DNA of 64,000 nt from Auanema rhodensis (lineage: Eukaryota; Animalia; Nematoda): assembly GCA_964057225.1 (NCBI GenBank), contig OZ059899.1, forward strand, positions 4,464,001-4,528,000, written 5' to 3'. This document shows, piece by piece, positions 1 through 11,935 of this stretch. How positions within the stretch are numbered: position 1 is the stretch's first letter; each line of letters opens with the position of its first letter. Made by a program: the position numbers and the translations under genes. The notes beneath the pieces are model-generated. The model saw only the letters and a program-made list of their open reading frames with translations, was not told where the DNA came from and did no database searches.

Positions 1-10
1 CTTTGCCTTG

Positions 11-89
11 AAAAAAGGAATCTAAAAACATCTACTTTTTGCTAAATTATTTTGAAATTTTCCGAAAAAATTTTTGTCAAAATGTTTTT
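11..89. other. Cluster of roughly helically phased A/T tracts (predicted bent DNA) in each monomer
   Basis: A6 11-16, A5 24-28, T5 36-40, T4 50-53, A3T4 55-61, A6T5 65-75, A4 79-82, T5 85-89. Confidence 0.6.
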
Positions 90-198
90 GGAAGCAATGT
101 GGAGTGTACATGGAAACTCAACATACACTAATGCATCATTTTTCAAACGATCATAACTGATTTTTGTATTAAGAGTTTCTCAATGTAGTATAGTGCAT

Positions 199-265
199 TC
201 GATGCGGATTTTTAAGCTGCGTCGATCTGTGTTATCAGATTTGCGCTAGCTTAAAAATGCACCGA
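199..265. other. Imperfect inverted repeat (potential hairpin/cruciform) in each monomer
   Basis: atttttaagct (208-218) and agcttaaaaat (248-258) form a perfect 11-bp inverted repeat. Inner arms gcg/cgc and atctg/cagat; outer arms tcgatgc/gcaccga (6 of 7). Confidence 0.85.
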
Positions 266-798
266 GATATCAACTGATATAAATTCACACATATATCCTC
301 GATTTTCACCCTGAAGAATTAATTTTTTCGTTGAATAACATTGTCCATCGTCTTTGCCTTGAAAAAAGAAATCTAAAAACATCTACTTTTTGCTAAATTA
401 TTTTGAAATTTTCCGAAAAAATTTTTGTCAAAATGTTTTTGGAAGCAATGTTGAGTGTACGTGGAAACTCAACATACACTAATGCATCATTTTTCAAACG
501 ATCATAACTGATTTTTGTATTAAGCGTTTCTCAATGTAGTATAGTGCATTCGATGCGGATTTTCAAGCTGCGTCGATCTGTGTTATCAGATTTGCGCTAG
601 CTTAAAAATGCACCGAGATATCAACTGATATAAGTTCACACTTACATTCTCGATTTTCACCCTGAAGAATGAATTTTTTCGTTGAATAACATTGTCCATC
701 GTCTTTGCCTTGAAAAAAGGAATCTAAAAACATCTACTTTTTGCTAAATTATTTTGAAATTTTTCGAAAAAATTTTTGTCAAAATGTTTTTGGAAGCA

Positions 799-826
799 AT
801 GTTGAGTGTACATGGAAACTCAACAT
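799..826. other. 9-bp perfect inverted repeat with 10-bp spacer (monomer positions 97-124; shown for copy 3)
   Basis: atgttgagt-gtacatggaa-actcaacat; the arms are exact reverse complements. Confidence 0.85.
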
Positions 827-1053
827 ACACTAATGCATCATTTTTCAAACGATCATAACTGATTTTTGTATTAAGCGTTTCTCAATGTAGTATAGTGCAT
901 TCGATGCGGATTTTCAAGCTGCGTCGATCTGTGTTATCAGATTTGCGCTAGCTTAAAAATGCACCGAGATATCAACTGATATAAGTTCACACTTGTATCC
1001 TCGATTTTCACCCTGAAGAATTAATTTTTTCGTTGAATAACATTGTCCATCGT

Positions 1054-3861
1054 CTTTGCCTTGAAAAAAGAAATCTAAAAACATCTACTTTTTGCTAAAT
1101 TATTTTGAAATTTTCCGAAAAAATTTTTGTCAAAATGTTTTTGGAAGCAATGTTGAGTGTACATGGAAACTCAACATACACTAATGCATCATTTTTCAAA
1201 CGATCATAACTGATTTTTGTATTAAGAGTTTCTCAATGTAGTATAGTGCATTCGATGCGGATTTTTAAGCTGCGTCGATCTGTGTTATCAGATTTGCGCT
1301 AGCTTAAAAATGCACCGAGATATCAACTGATATAAATTCACACATATATCCTCGATTTTCACCCTGAAGAATTAATTTTTTCGTTGAATAACATTGTCCA
1401 TCGTCTTTGCCTTGAAAAAAGAAATCTAAAAACATCTACTTTTTGCTAAATTATTTTGAAATTTTCCGAAAAAATTTTTGTCAAAATGTTTTTGGAAGCA
1501 ATGTTGAGTGTACATGGAAACTCAACATACACTAATGCATCATTTTTCAAACGATCATAACTGATTTTTGTATTAAGCGTTTCTCAATGTAGTATAGTGC
1601 ATTCGATGCGGATTTTCAAGCTGCGTCGATCTGTGTTATCAGATTTGCGCTAGCTTAAAAATGCACCGAGATATCAACTGATATAAATTCACACATATAT
1701 CCTCGATTTTCACCCTGAAGAATTAATTTTTTCGTTGAATAACATTGTCCATCGTCTTTGCCTTGAAAAAAGAAATCTAAAAACATCTACTTTTTGCTAA
1801 ATTATTTTGAAATTTTCCGAAAAAATTTTTGTCAAAATGTTTTTGGAAGCAATGTTGAGTGTACATGGAAACTCAACATACACTAATGCATCATTTTTCA
1901 AACGATCATAACTGATTTTTGTATTAAGCGTTTCTCAATGTAGTATAGTGCATTCGATGCGGATTTTTAAGCTGCGTCGATCCGTGTTATCAGATTTGCG
2001 CTAGCTTAAAAATGCACCGAGATATCAACAGATATATGTTCACACTTATATCCTCGATTTTCACCCTGAAGAATTAATTTTTTCGTTGAAAAATATTGTC
2101 CATCGTCTTTGCCTTGAAAAAAGAAATCTAAAAACATCTACTTTTTGCTAAATTTATTTGAAATTTTTCGAAAAAATTTTTGTCAAAATGTTTTTGGAAG
2201 CAATGTTGAGTGTACATGGAAACTCAACATACACTAATGCATCATTTTTCAAACGATCATAACTGATTTTTGTATTAAGCGTTTCTCAATGTAGTATAGT
2301 GCATTCGATGCGGATTTTCAAGCTGCGTCGCTCTGTGTTATCAGATTTGCGCTAGCTTAAAAATGCACCGAGATATCAACTGATATAAGTTCACACTTGT
2401 ATCCTCGATTTTCACCCTGAAGAATTAATTTTTTCGTTGAATAACATTGTCCATCGTCTTTGCCTTGAAAAAAGGAATCTAAAAACATCTACTTTTTGCT
2501 AAATGATTTTGAAATTTTTCGAAAAAATTTTTGTCAAAATGTTTTTGGAAGCAATGTTGAGTGTACATGGAAACTCAACATACACTAATGCATCATTTTT
2601 CAAACGATCATAACTAATTTTTGTATTAAGCGTTTCTCAATGTAGTATAGTGCATTCGATGCGGATTTTTAAGCTGCGTCGATCCGTGTTATCAGATTTG
2701 CTCTAGCTTAAAAATGCACCGAGATATCAACTGATATAAGTTCACACTTACATTCTCGATTTTCACCCTGAAGAATCAATTTTTTCGTTGAATAACATTG
2801 TCCATCGTCTTTGCCTTGAAAAAAGGAATCTAAAAACATCTACTTTTTGCTAAATTATTTTGAAATTTTCCGAAAAAATTTTTGTCAAAATGTTTTTGGA
2901 AGTAATGTTGAGTGTACATGGAAACTCAACATACACTAATGCATCATTTTTCAAACGATCATAACTGATTTTTGTATTAAGAGTTTCTCAATGTAGTATA
3001 GTGCATTCGATGCGGATTTTTAAGCTGCGTCGATCTGTGTTATCAGATTTGCGCTAGCTTAAAAATGCACCGAGATATCAACTGATATAAGTTCACACTT
3101 ATATTCTCGATTTTCACCCTGAAGAATTAATTTTTTCGTTGAATAACATTGTCCATCGTCTTTGCCTTGAAAAAAGAAATCTAAAAACATCTACTTTTTG
3201 CTAAATTATTTTGAAATTTTCCGAAAAAATTTTTGTCAAAATGTTTTTGGAAGCAATGTTGAGTGTACATGGAAACTCAACATACACTAATGCATCATTT
3301 TTCAAACGATCATAACTGATTTTTGTATTAAGCGTTTCTCAATGTAGTATAGTGCATTCGATGCGGATTTTTAAGCTGCGTCGATCTATGTTATCAGATT
3401 TGCGCTAGCTTAAAAATGCACCGAGATATCAACTGATATAAGTTTACACATATATCCTCGATTTTCACCCTGAAGAATGAATTTTTTCGTTGAATAACAT
3501 TGTCCATCGTCTTTGCCTTGAAAAAAGGAATCTAAAAACATCTACTTTTTGCTAAATTATTTTGAAATTTTTCGAAAAAACTTTTGTCAAAATGTTTTTG
3601 GAAGCAATGTTGAGTGTACATGGAAACTCAACATACACTAATGCATCATTTTTCAAACTATCATAACTAATTTTTGTATTAAGCGTTTCTCAATGTAGTA
3701 TAGTGCATTCGATGCGGATTTTTAAGCTGCGTCGATCTGTGTTATCAGATTTGCGCTAGCTTAAAAATGCACCGAGATATCAACTGATATAAGTTCACAC
3801 TTATATTCTCGATTTTCACCCTGAAGAATTAATTTTTTCGTTGAATAACATTGTCCATCGT
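1054..3861 (+). repeat. 8-mer higher-order repeat unit (2808 bp, monomers 4-11), copy 1
   Basis: Ordered diagnostic variants (aacagatatatg + gaaaaatattg; aaatttatttg + gtcgctctg; aaatgatt + gctctag; ctatg + gtttac; aaactatc) recur in the same order at 4915-7722 and 15446-18253. Confidence 0.85.
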
Positions 3862-4914
3862 CTTTGCCTTGAAAAAAGAAATCTAAAAACATCTACTTTT
3901 TGCTAAATTATTTTGAAATTTTCCGAAAAAATTTTTGTCAAAATGTTTTTGGAAGCAATGTTGAGTGTACATGGAAACTCAACATACACTAATGCATCAT
4001 TTTTCAAACGATCATAACTGATTTTTGTATTAAGAGTTTCTCAATGTAGTATAGTGCATTCGATGCGGATTTTTAAGCTGCGTCGATCTGTGTTATCAGA
4101 TTTGCGCTAGCTTAAAAATGCACCGAGATATCAACTGATATAAATTCACACATATATCCTCGATTTTCACCCTGAAGAATTAATTTTTTCGTTGAATAAC
4201 ATTGTCCATCGTCTTTGCCTTGAAAAAAGAAATCTAAAAACATCTACTTTTTGCTAAATTATTTTGAAATTTTCCGAAAAAATTTTTGTCAAAATGTTTT
4301 TGGAAGCAATGTTGAGTGTACATGGAAACTCAACATACACTAATGCATCATTTTTCAAACGATCATAACTGATTTTTGTATTAAGCGTTTCTCAATGTAG
4401 TATAGTGCATTCGATGCGGATTTTTAAGCTGCGTCGATCTATGTTATCAGATTTGCGCTAGCTTAAAAATGCACCGAGATATCAACTGATATAAGTTTAC
4501 ACATATATCCTCGATTTTCACCCTGAAGAATGAATTTTTTCGTTGAATAACATTGTCCATCGTCTTTGCCTTGAAAAAAGGAATCTAAAAACATCTACTT
4601 TTTGCTAAATTATTTTGAAATTTTTCGAAAAAACTTTTGTCAAAATGTTTTTGGAAGCAATGTTGAGTGTACATGGAAACTCAACATACACTAATGCATC
4701 ATTTTTCAAACTATCATAACTAATTTTTGTATTAAGCGTTTCTCAATGTAGTATAGTGCATTCGATGCGGATTTTTAAGCTGCGTCGATCTGTGTTATCA
4801 GATTTGCGCTAGCTTAAAAATGCACCGAGATATCAACTGATATAAGTTCACACTTATATTCTCGATTTTCACCCTGAAGAATTAATTTTTTCGTTGAATA
4901 ACATTGTCCATCGT

Positions 4915-7722
4915 CTTTGCCTTGAAAAAAGAAATCTAAAAACATCTACTTTTTGCTAAATTATTTTGAAATTTTCCGAAAAAATTTTTGTCAAAATGTT
5001 TTTGGAAGCAATGTTGAGTGTACATGGAAACTCAACATACACTAATGCATCATTTTTCAAACGATCATAACTGATTTTTGTATTAAGAGTTTCTCAATGT
5101 AGTATAGTGCATTCGATGCGGATTTTTAAGCTGCGTCGATCTGTGTTATCAGATTTGCGCTAGCTTAAAAATGCACCGAGATATCAACTGATATAAATTC
5201 ACACATATATCCTCGATTTTCACCCTGAAGAATTAATTTTTTCGTTGAATAACATTGTCCATCGTCTTTGCCTTGAAAAAAGAAATCTAAAAACATCTAC
5301 TTTTTGCTAAATTATTTTGAAATTTTCCGAAAAAATTTTTGTCAAAATGTTTTTGGAAGCAATGTTGAGTGTACATGGAAACTCAACATACACTAATGCA
5401 TCATTTTTCAAACGATCATAACTGATTTTTGTATTAAGCGTTTCTCAATGTAGTATAGTGCATTCGATGCGGATTTTCAAGCTGCGTCGATCTGTGTTAT
5501 CAGATTTGCGCTAGCTTAAAAATGCACCGAGATATCAACTGATATAAATTCACACATATATCCTCGATTTTCACCCTGAAGAATTAATTTTTTCGTTGAA
5601 TAACATTGTCCATCGTCTTTGCCTTGAAAAAAGAAATCTAAAAACATCTACTTTTTGCTAAATTATTTTGAAATTTTCCGAAAAAATTTTTGTCAAAATG
5701 TTTTTGGAAGCAATGTTGAGTGTACATGGAAACTCAACATACACTAATGCATCATTTTTCAAACGATCATAACTGATTTTTGTATTAAGCGTTTCTCAAT
5801 GTAGTATAGTGCATTCGATGCGGATTTTTAAGCTGCGTCGATCCGTGTTATCAGATTTGCGCTAGCTTAAAAATGCACCGAGATATCAACAGATATATGT
5901 TCACACTTATATCCTCGATTTTCACCCTGAAGAATTAATTTTTTCGTTGAAAAATATTGTCCATCGTCTTTGCCTTGAAAAAAGAAATCTAAAAACATCT
6001 ACTTTTTGCTAAATTTATTTGAAATTTTTCGAAAAAATTTTTGTCAAAATGTTTTTGGAAGCAATGTTGAGTGTACATGGAAACTCAACATACACTAATG
6101 CATCATTTTTCAAACGATCATAACTGATTTTTGTATTAAGCGTTTCTCAATGTAGTATAGTGCATTCGATGCGGATTTTCAAGCTGCGTCGCTCTGTGTT
6201 ATCAGATTTGCGCTAGCTTAAAAATGCACCGAGATATCAACTGATATAAGTTCACACTTGTATCCTCGATTTTCACCCTGAAGAATTAATTTTTTCGTTG
6301 AATAACATTGTCCATCGTCTTTGCCTTGAAAAAAGGAATCTAAAAACATCTACTTTTTGCTAAATGATTTTGAAATTTTTCGAAAAAATTTTTGTCAAAA
6401 TGTTTTTGGAAGCAATGTTGAGTGTACATGGAAACTCAACATACACTAATGCATCATTTTTCAAACGATCATAACTAATTTTTGTATTAAGCGTTTCTCA
6501 ATGTAGTATAGTGCATTCGATGCGGATTTTTAAGCTGCGTCGATCCGTGTTATCAGATTTGCTCTAGCTTAAAAATGCACCGAGATATCAACTGATATAA
6601 GTTCACACTTACATTCTCGATTTTCACCCTGAAGAATCAATTTTTTCGTTGAATAACATTGTCCATCGTCTTTGCCTTGAAAAAAGGAATCTAAAAACAT
6701 CTACTTTTTGCTAAATTATTTTGAAATTTTCCGAAAAAATTTTTGTCAAAATGTTTTTGGAAGTAATGTTGAGTGTACATGGAAACTCAACATACACTAA
6801 TGCATCATTTTTCAAACGATCATAACTGATTTTTGTATTAAGAGTTTCTCAATGTAGTATAGTGCATTCGATGCGGATTTTTAAGCTGCGTCGATCTGTG
6901 TTATCAGATTTGCGCTAGCTTAAAAATGCACCGAGATATCAACTGATATAAGTTCACACTTATATTCTCGATTTTCACCCTGAAGAATTAATTTTTTCGT
7001 TGAATAACATTGTCCATCGTCTTTGCCTTGAAAAAAGAAATCTAAAAACATCTACTTTTTGCTAAATTATTTTGAAATTTTCCGAAAAAATTTTTGTCAA
7101 AATGTTTTTGGAAGCAATGTTGAGTGTACATGGAAACTCAACATACACTAATGCATCATTTTTCAAACGATCATAACTGATTTTTGTATTAAGCGTTTCT
7201 CAATGTAGTATAGTGCATTCGATGCGGATTTTTAAGCTGCGTCGATCTATGTTATCAGATTTGCGCTAGCTTAAAAATGCACCGAGATATCAACTGATAT
7301 AAGTTTACACATATATCCTCGATTTTCACCCTGAAGAATGAATTTTTTCGTTGAATAACATTGTCCATCGTCTTTGCCTTGAAAAAAGGAATCTAAAAAC
7401 ATCTACTTTTTGCTAAATTATTTTGAAATTTTTCGAAAAAATTTTTGTCAAAATGTTTTTGGAAGCAATGTTGAGTGTACATGGAAACTCAACATACACT
7501 AATGCATCATTTTTCAAACTATCATAACTAATTTTTGTATTAAGCGTTTCTCAATGTAGTATAGTGCATTCGATGCGGATTTTTAAGCTGCGTCGATCTG
7601 TGTTATCAGATTTGCGCTAGCTTAAAAATGCACCGAGATATCAACTGATATAAGTTCACACTTATATTCTCGATTTTCACCCTGAAGAATTAATTTTTTC
7701 GTTGAATAACATTGTCCATCGT
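4915..7722 (+). repeat. 8-mer HOR copy 2 (monomers 15-22)
   Basis: Same variant order as 1054-3861 at an offset of 3861 bp (11 monomers), including the rare gaagtaatg variant. Confidence 0.85.
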
Positions 7723-10700
7723 CTTTGCCTTGAAAAAAGGAATCTAAAAACATCTACTTTTTGCTAAATGATTTTGAAATTTTTCGAAAAAATTTTTGTC
7801 AAAATGTTTTTGGAAGCAATGTTGAGTGTACATGGAAACTCAACATACACTAATGCATCATTTTTCAAACGATCATAACTAATTTTTGTATTAAGCGTTT
7901 CTCAATGTAGTATAGTGCATTCGATGCGGATTTTTAAGCTGCGTCGATCCGTGTTATCAGATTTGCTCTAGCTTAAAAATGCACCGAGATATCAACTGAT
8001 ATAAGTTCACACTTACATTCTCGATTTTCACCCTGAAGAATCAATTTTTTCGTGTAATAACATTGTCCATCGTCTTTGCCTTGAAAAAAGGAATCTAAAA
8101 ACATCTACTTTTTGCTAAATTATTTTGAAATTTTCCGAAAAAATTTTTGTCAAAATGTTTTTGGAAGCAATGTGGAGTGTACATGGAAACTCAACATACA
8201 CTAATGCATCATTTTTCAAACGATCATAACTGATTTTTGTATTAAGAGTTTCTCAATGTAGTATAGTGCATTCGATGCGGATTTTTAAGCTGCGTCGATC
8301 TGTGTTATCAGATTTGCGCTAGCTTAAAAATGCACCGAGATATCAACTGATATAAATTCACACATATATCCTCGATTTTCACCCTGAAGAATTAATTTTT
8401 TCGTTGAATAACATTGTCCATCGTCTTTGCCTTGAAAAAAGAAATCTAAAAACATCTACTTTTTGCTAAATTATTTTGAAATTTTCCGAAAAAATTTTTG
8501 TCAAAATGTTTTTGGAAGCAATGTTGAGTGTACATGGAAACTCAACATACACTAATGCATCATTTTTCAAACGATCATAACTGATTTTTGTATTAAGCGT
8601 TTCTCAATGTAGTATAGTGCATTCGATGCGGATTTTCAAGCTGCGTCGATCTGTGTTATCAGATTTGCGCTAGCTTAAAAATGCACCGAGATATCAACTG
8701 ATATAAGTTCACACTTACATTCTCGATTTTCACCCTGAAGAATGAATTTTTTCGTTGAATAACATTGTCCATCGTCTTTGCCTTGAAAAAAGGAATCTAA
8801 AAACATCTACTTTTTGCTAAATTATTTTGAAATTTTTCGAAAAAATTTTTGTCAAAATGTTTTTGGAAGCAATGTTGAGTGTACATGGAAACTCAACATA
8901 CACTAATGCATCATTTTTCAAACGATCATAACTGATTTTTGTATTAAGAGTTTCTCAATGTAGTATAGTGCATTCGATGCGGATTTTTAAGCTGCGTCGA
9001 TCTGTGTTATCAGATTTGCGCTAGCTTAAAAATGCACCGAGATATCAACTGATATAAATTCACACATATATCCTCGATTTTCACCCTGAAGAATTAATTT
9101 TTTCGTTGAATAACATTGTCCATCGTCTTTGCCTTGAAAAAAGAAATCTAAAAACATCTACTTTTTGCTAAATTATTTTGAAATTTTCCGAAAAAATTTT
9201 TGTCAAAATGTTTTTGGAAGCAATGTTGAGTGTACATGGAAACTCAACATACACTAATGCATCATTTTTCAAACGATCATAACTAATTTTTGTATTAAGC
9301 GTTTCTCAATGTAGTATAGTGCATTCGATGCGGATTTTTAAGCTGCGTCGATCTATGTTATCAGATTTGCGCTAGCTTAAAAATGCACCGAGATATCAAC
9401 TGATATAAGTTTACACATATATCCTCGATTTTCACCCTGAAGAATGAATTTTTTCGTTGAATAACATTGTCCATCGTCTTTGCCTTGAAAAAAGAAATCT
9501 AAAAACATCTACTTTTTGCTAAATTATTTTGAAATTTTTCGAAAAAATTTTTGTCAAAATGTTTTTGGAAGCAATGTTGAGTGTACATGGAAACTCAACA
9601 TACACTAATGCATCATTTTTCAAACGATCATAACTGATTTTTGTATTAAGCGTTTCTCAATGTAGTATAGTGCATTCGATGCGGATTTTCAAGCTGCGTC
9701 GATCTGTGTTATCAGATTTGCGCTAGCTTAAAAATGCACCGAGATATCAACTGATATAAGTTCACACTTGTATCCTCGATTTTCACCCTGAAGAATTAAT
9801 TTTTTCGTTGAATAACATTGTCCATCGTCTTTGCCTTGAAAAAAGAAATCTAAAAACATCTACTTTTTGCTAAATTATTTTGAAATTTTCCGAAAAAATT
9901 TTTGTCAAAATGTTTTTGGAAGCAATGTTGAGTGTACATGGAAACTCAACATACACTAATGCATCATTTTTCAAACGATCATAACTGATTTTTGTATTAA
10001 GAGTTTCTCAATGTAGTATAGTGCATTCGATGCGGATTTTTAAGCTGCGTCGATCTGTGTTATCAGATTTGCGCTAGCTTAAAAATGCACCGAGATATCA
10101 ACTGATATAAATTCACACATATATCCTCGATTTTCACCCTGAAGAATTAATTTTTTCGTTGAATAACATTGTCCATCGTCTTTGCCTTGAAAAAAGAAAT
10201 CTAAAAACATCTACTTTTTGCTAAATTATTTTGAAATTTTCCGAAAAAATTTTTGTCAAAATGTTTTTGGAAGCAATGTTGAGTGTACATGGAAACTCAA
10301 CATACACTAATGCATCATTTTTCAAACGATCATAACTGATTTTTGTATTAAGCGTTTCTCAATGTAGTATAGTGCATTCGATGCGGATTTTCAAGCTGCG
10401 TCGATCTGTGTTATCAGATTTGCGCTAGCTTAAAAATGCACCGAGATATCAACTGATATAAGTTCACACTTACATTCTCGATTTTCACCCTGAAGAATGA
10501 ATTTTTTCGTTGAATAACATTGTCCATCGTCTTTGCCTTGAAAAAAGGAATCTAAAAACATCTACTTTTTGCTAAATTATTTTGAAATTTTTCGAAAAAA
10601 TTTTTGTCAAAATGTTTTTGGAAGCAATGTTGAGTGTACATGGAAACTCAACATACACTAATGCATCATTTTTCAAACGATCATAACTAATTTTTGTATT

Positions 10701-11935
10701 AAGCGTTTCTTAATGTAGTATAGTGCATTCGATGCGGATTTTTAAGCTGCGTCGATCTGTGTTATCAGATTTGCGCTAGCTTAAAAATGCACCGAGATAT
10801 CAACTGATATAAGTTCACACTTATATTCTCGATTTTCACCCTGAAGAATTAATTTTTTCGTTGAATAACATTGTCCATCGTCTTTGCCTTGAAAAAAGAA
10901 ATCTAAAAACATCTACTTTTTGCTAAATTATTTTGAAATTTTCCGAAAAAATTTTTGTCAAAATGTTTTTGGAAGCAATGTTGAGTGTACATGGAAACTC
11001 AACATACACTAATGCATCATTTTTCAAACGATCATAACTGATTTTTGTATTAAGAGTTTCTCAATGTAGTATAGTGCATTCGATGCGGATTTTTAAGCTG
11101 CGTCGATCTGTGTTATCAGATTTGCGCTAGCTTAAAAATGCACCGAGATATCAACTGATATAAGTTCACACTTATATTCTCGATTTTCACCCTGAAGAAT
11201 TAATTTTTTCGTTGAATAACATTGTCCATCGTCTTTGACTTGAAAAAAAGAAATCTAAAAACATCTACTTTTTGCTAAATTATTTTGAAATTTTCCGAAA
11301 AAATTTTTGTCAAAATGTTTTTGGAAGCAATGTTGAGTGTACATGGAAACTCAACATACACTAATGCATCATTTTTCAAACGATCATAACTAATTTTTGT
11401 ATTAAGCGTTTCTCAATGTAGTATAGTGCATTCGATGCGGATTTTTAAGCTGCGTCGATCCGTGTTATCAGATTTGCGCTAGCTTAAAAATGCACCGAGA
11501 TATCAACAGATATATGTTCACACTTATATCCTCGATTTTCACCCTGAAGAATTAATTTTTTCGTTGAAAAATATTGTCCATCGTCTTTGCCTTGAAAAAA
11601 GAAATCTAAAAACATCTACTTTTTGCTAAATTATTTTGAAATTTTCCGAAAAAATTTTTGTCAAAATGTTTTTGGAAGCAATGTTGAGTGTACATGGAAA
11701 CTCAACATACACTAATGCATCATTTTTCAAACGATCATAACTGATTTTTGTATTAAGAGTTTCTCAATGTAGTATAGTGCATTCGATGCGGATTTTTAAG
11801 CTGCGTCGATCTGTGTTATCAGATTTGCGCTAGCTTAAAAATGCACCGAGATATCAACTGATATAAGTTCACACTTATATTCTCGATTTTCACCCTGAAG
11901 AATTAATTTTTTCGTTGAATAACATTGTCCATCGT

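Larger units (their letters stand above)
1..351 (+). repeat. Representative monomer (arbitrary phase), ~32% GC
   Basis: Hand count of copy 1: 57 C + 54 G of 351. Monomer positions quoted elsewhere use this phase. Confidence 0.97.

Noticed and set aside
82-156. Short ORF of 24 codons (MFLEAMLSVHGNSTYTNASFFKRS in the consensus)
   Set aside because: Chance-length ORF with no recognisable motif or expression signals.
149-278. Possible internal 117-bp (one-third) or ~175-bp (half) subrepeat: gatcataactgat vs gatatcaactgat at offset 117
   Set aside because: The similarity does not extend, and no third copy is visible. A monomer self-alignment would be needed to revive it.
326-342. CENP-B-box-like tttcgttgaataacatt
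   Set aside because: Only the TTCG....A half matches. The essential CGGG is missing, and G330A removes the CG in many copies.
1-351. Tandem 5S rRNA, tRNA, snRNA or spliced-leader gene unit
   Set aside because: No recognisable 5S, tRNA, snRNA or SL sequence. An Rfam/Infernal scan would be the formal test.
8054-8055. Singleton TG-to-GT swap (cgtgtaat vs cgttgaat)
   Set aside because: Seen once; cannot be told apart from a consensus error without reads.
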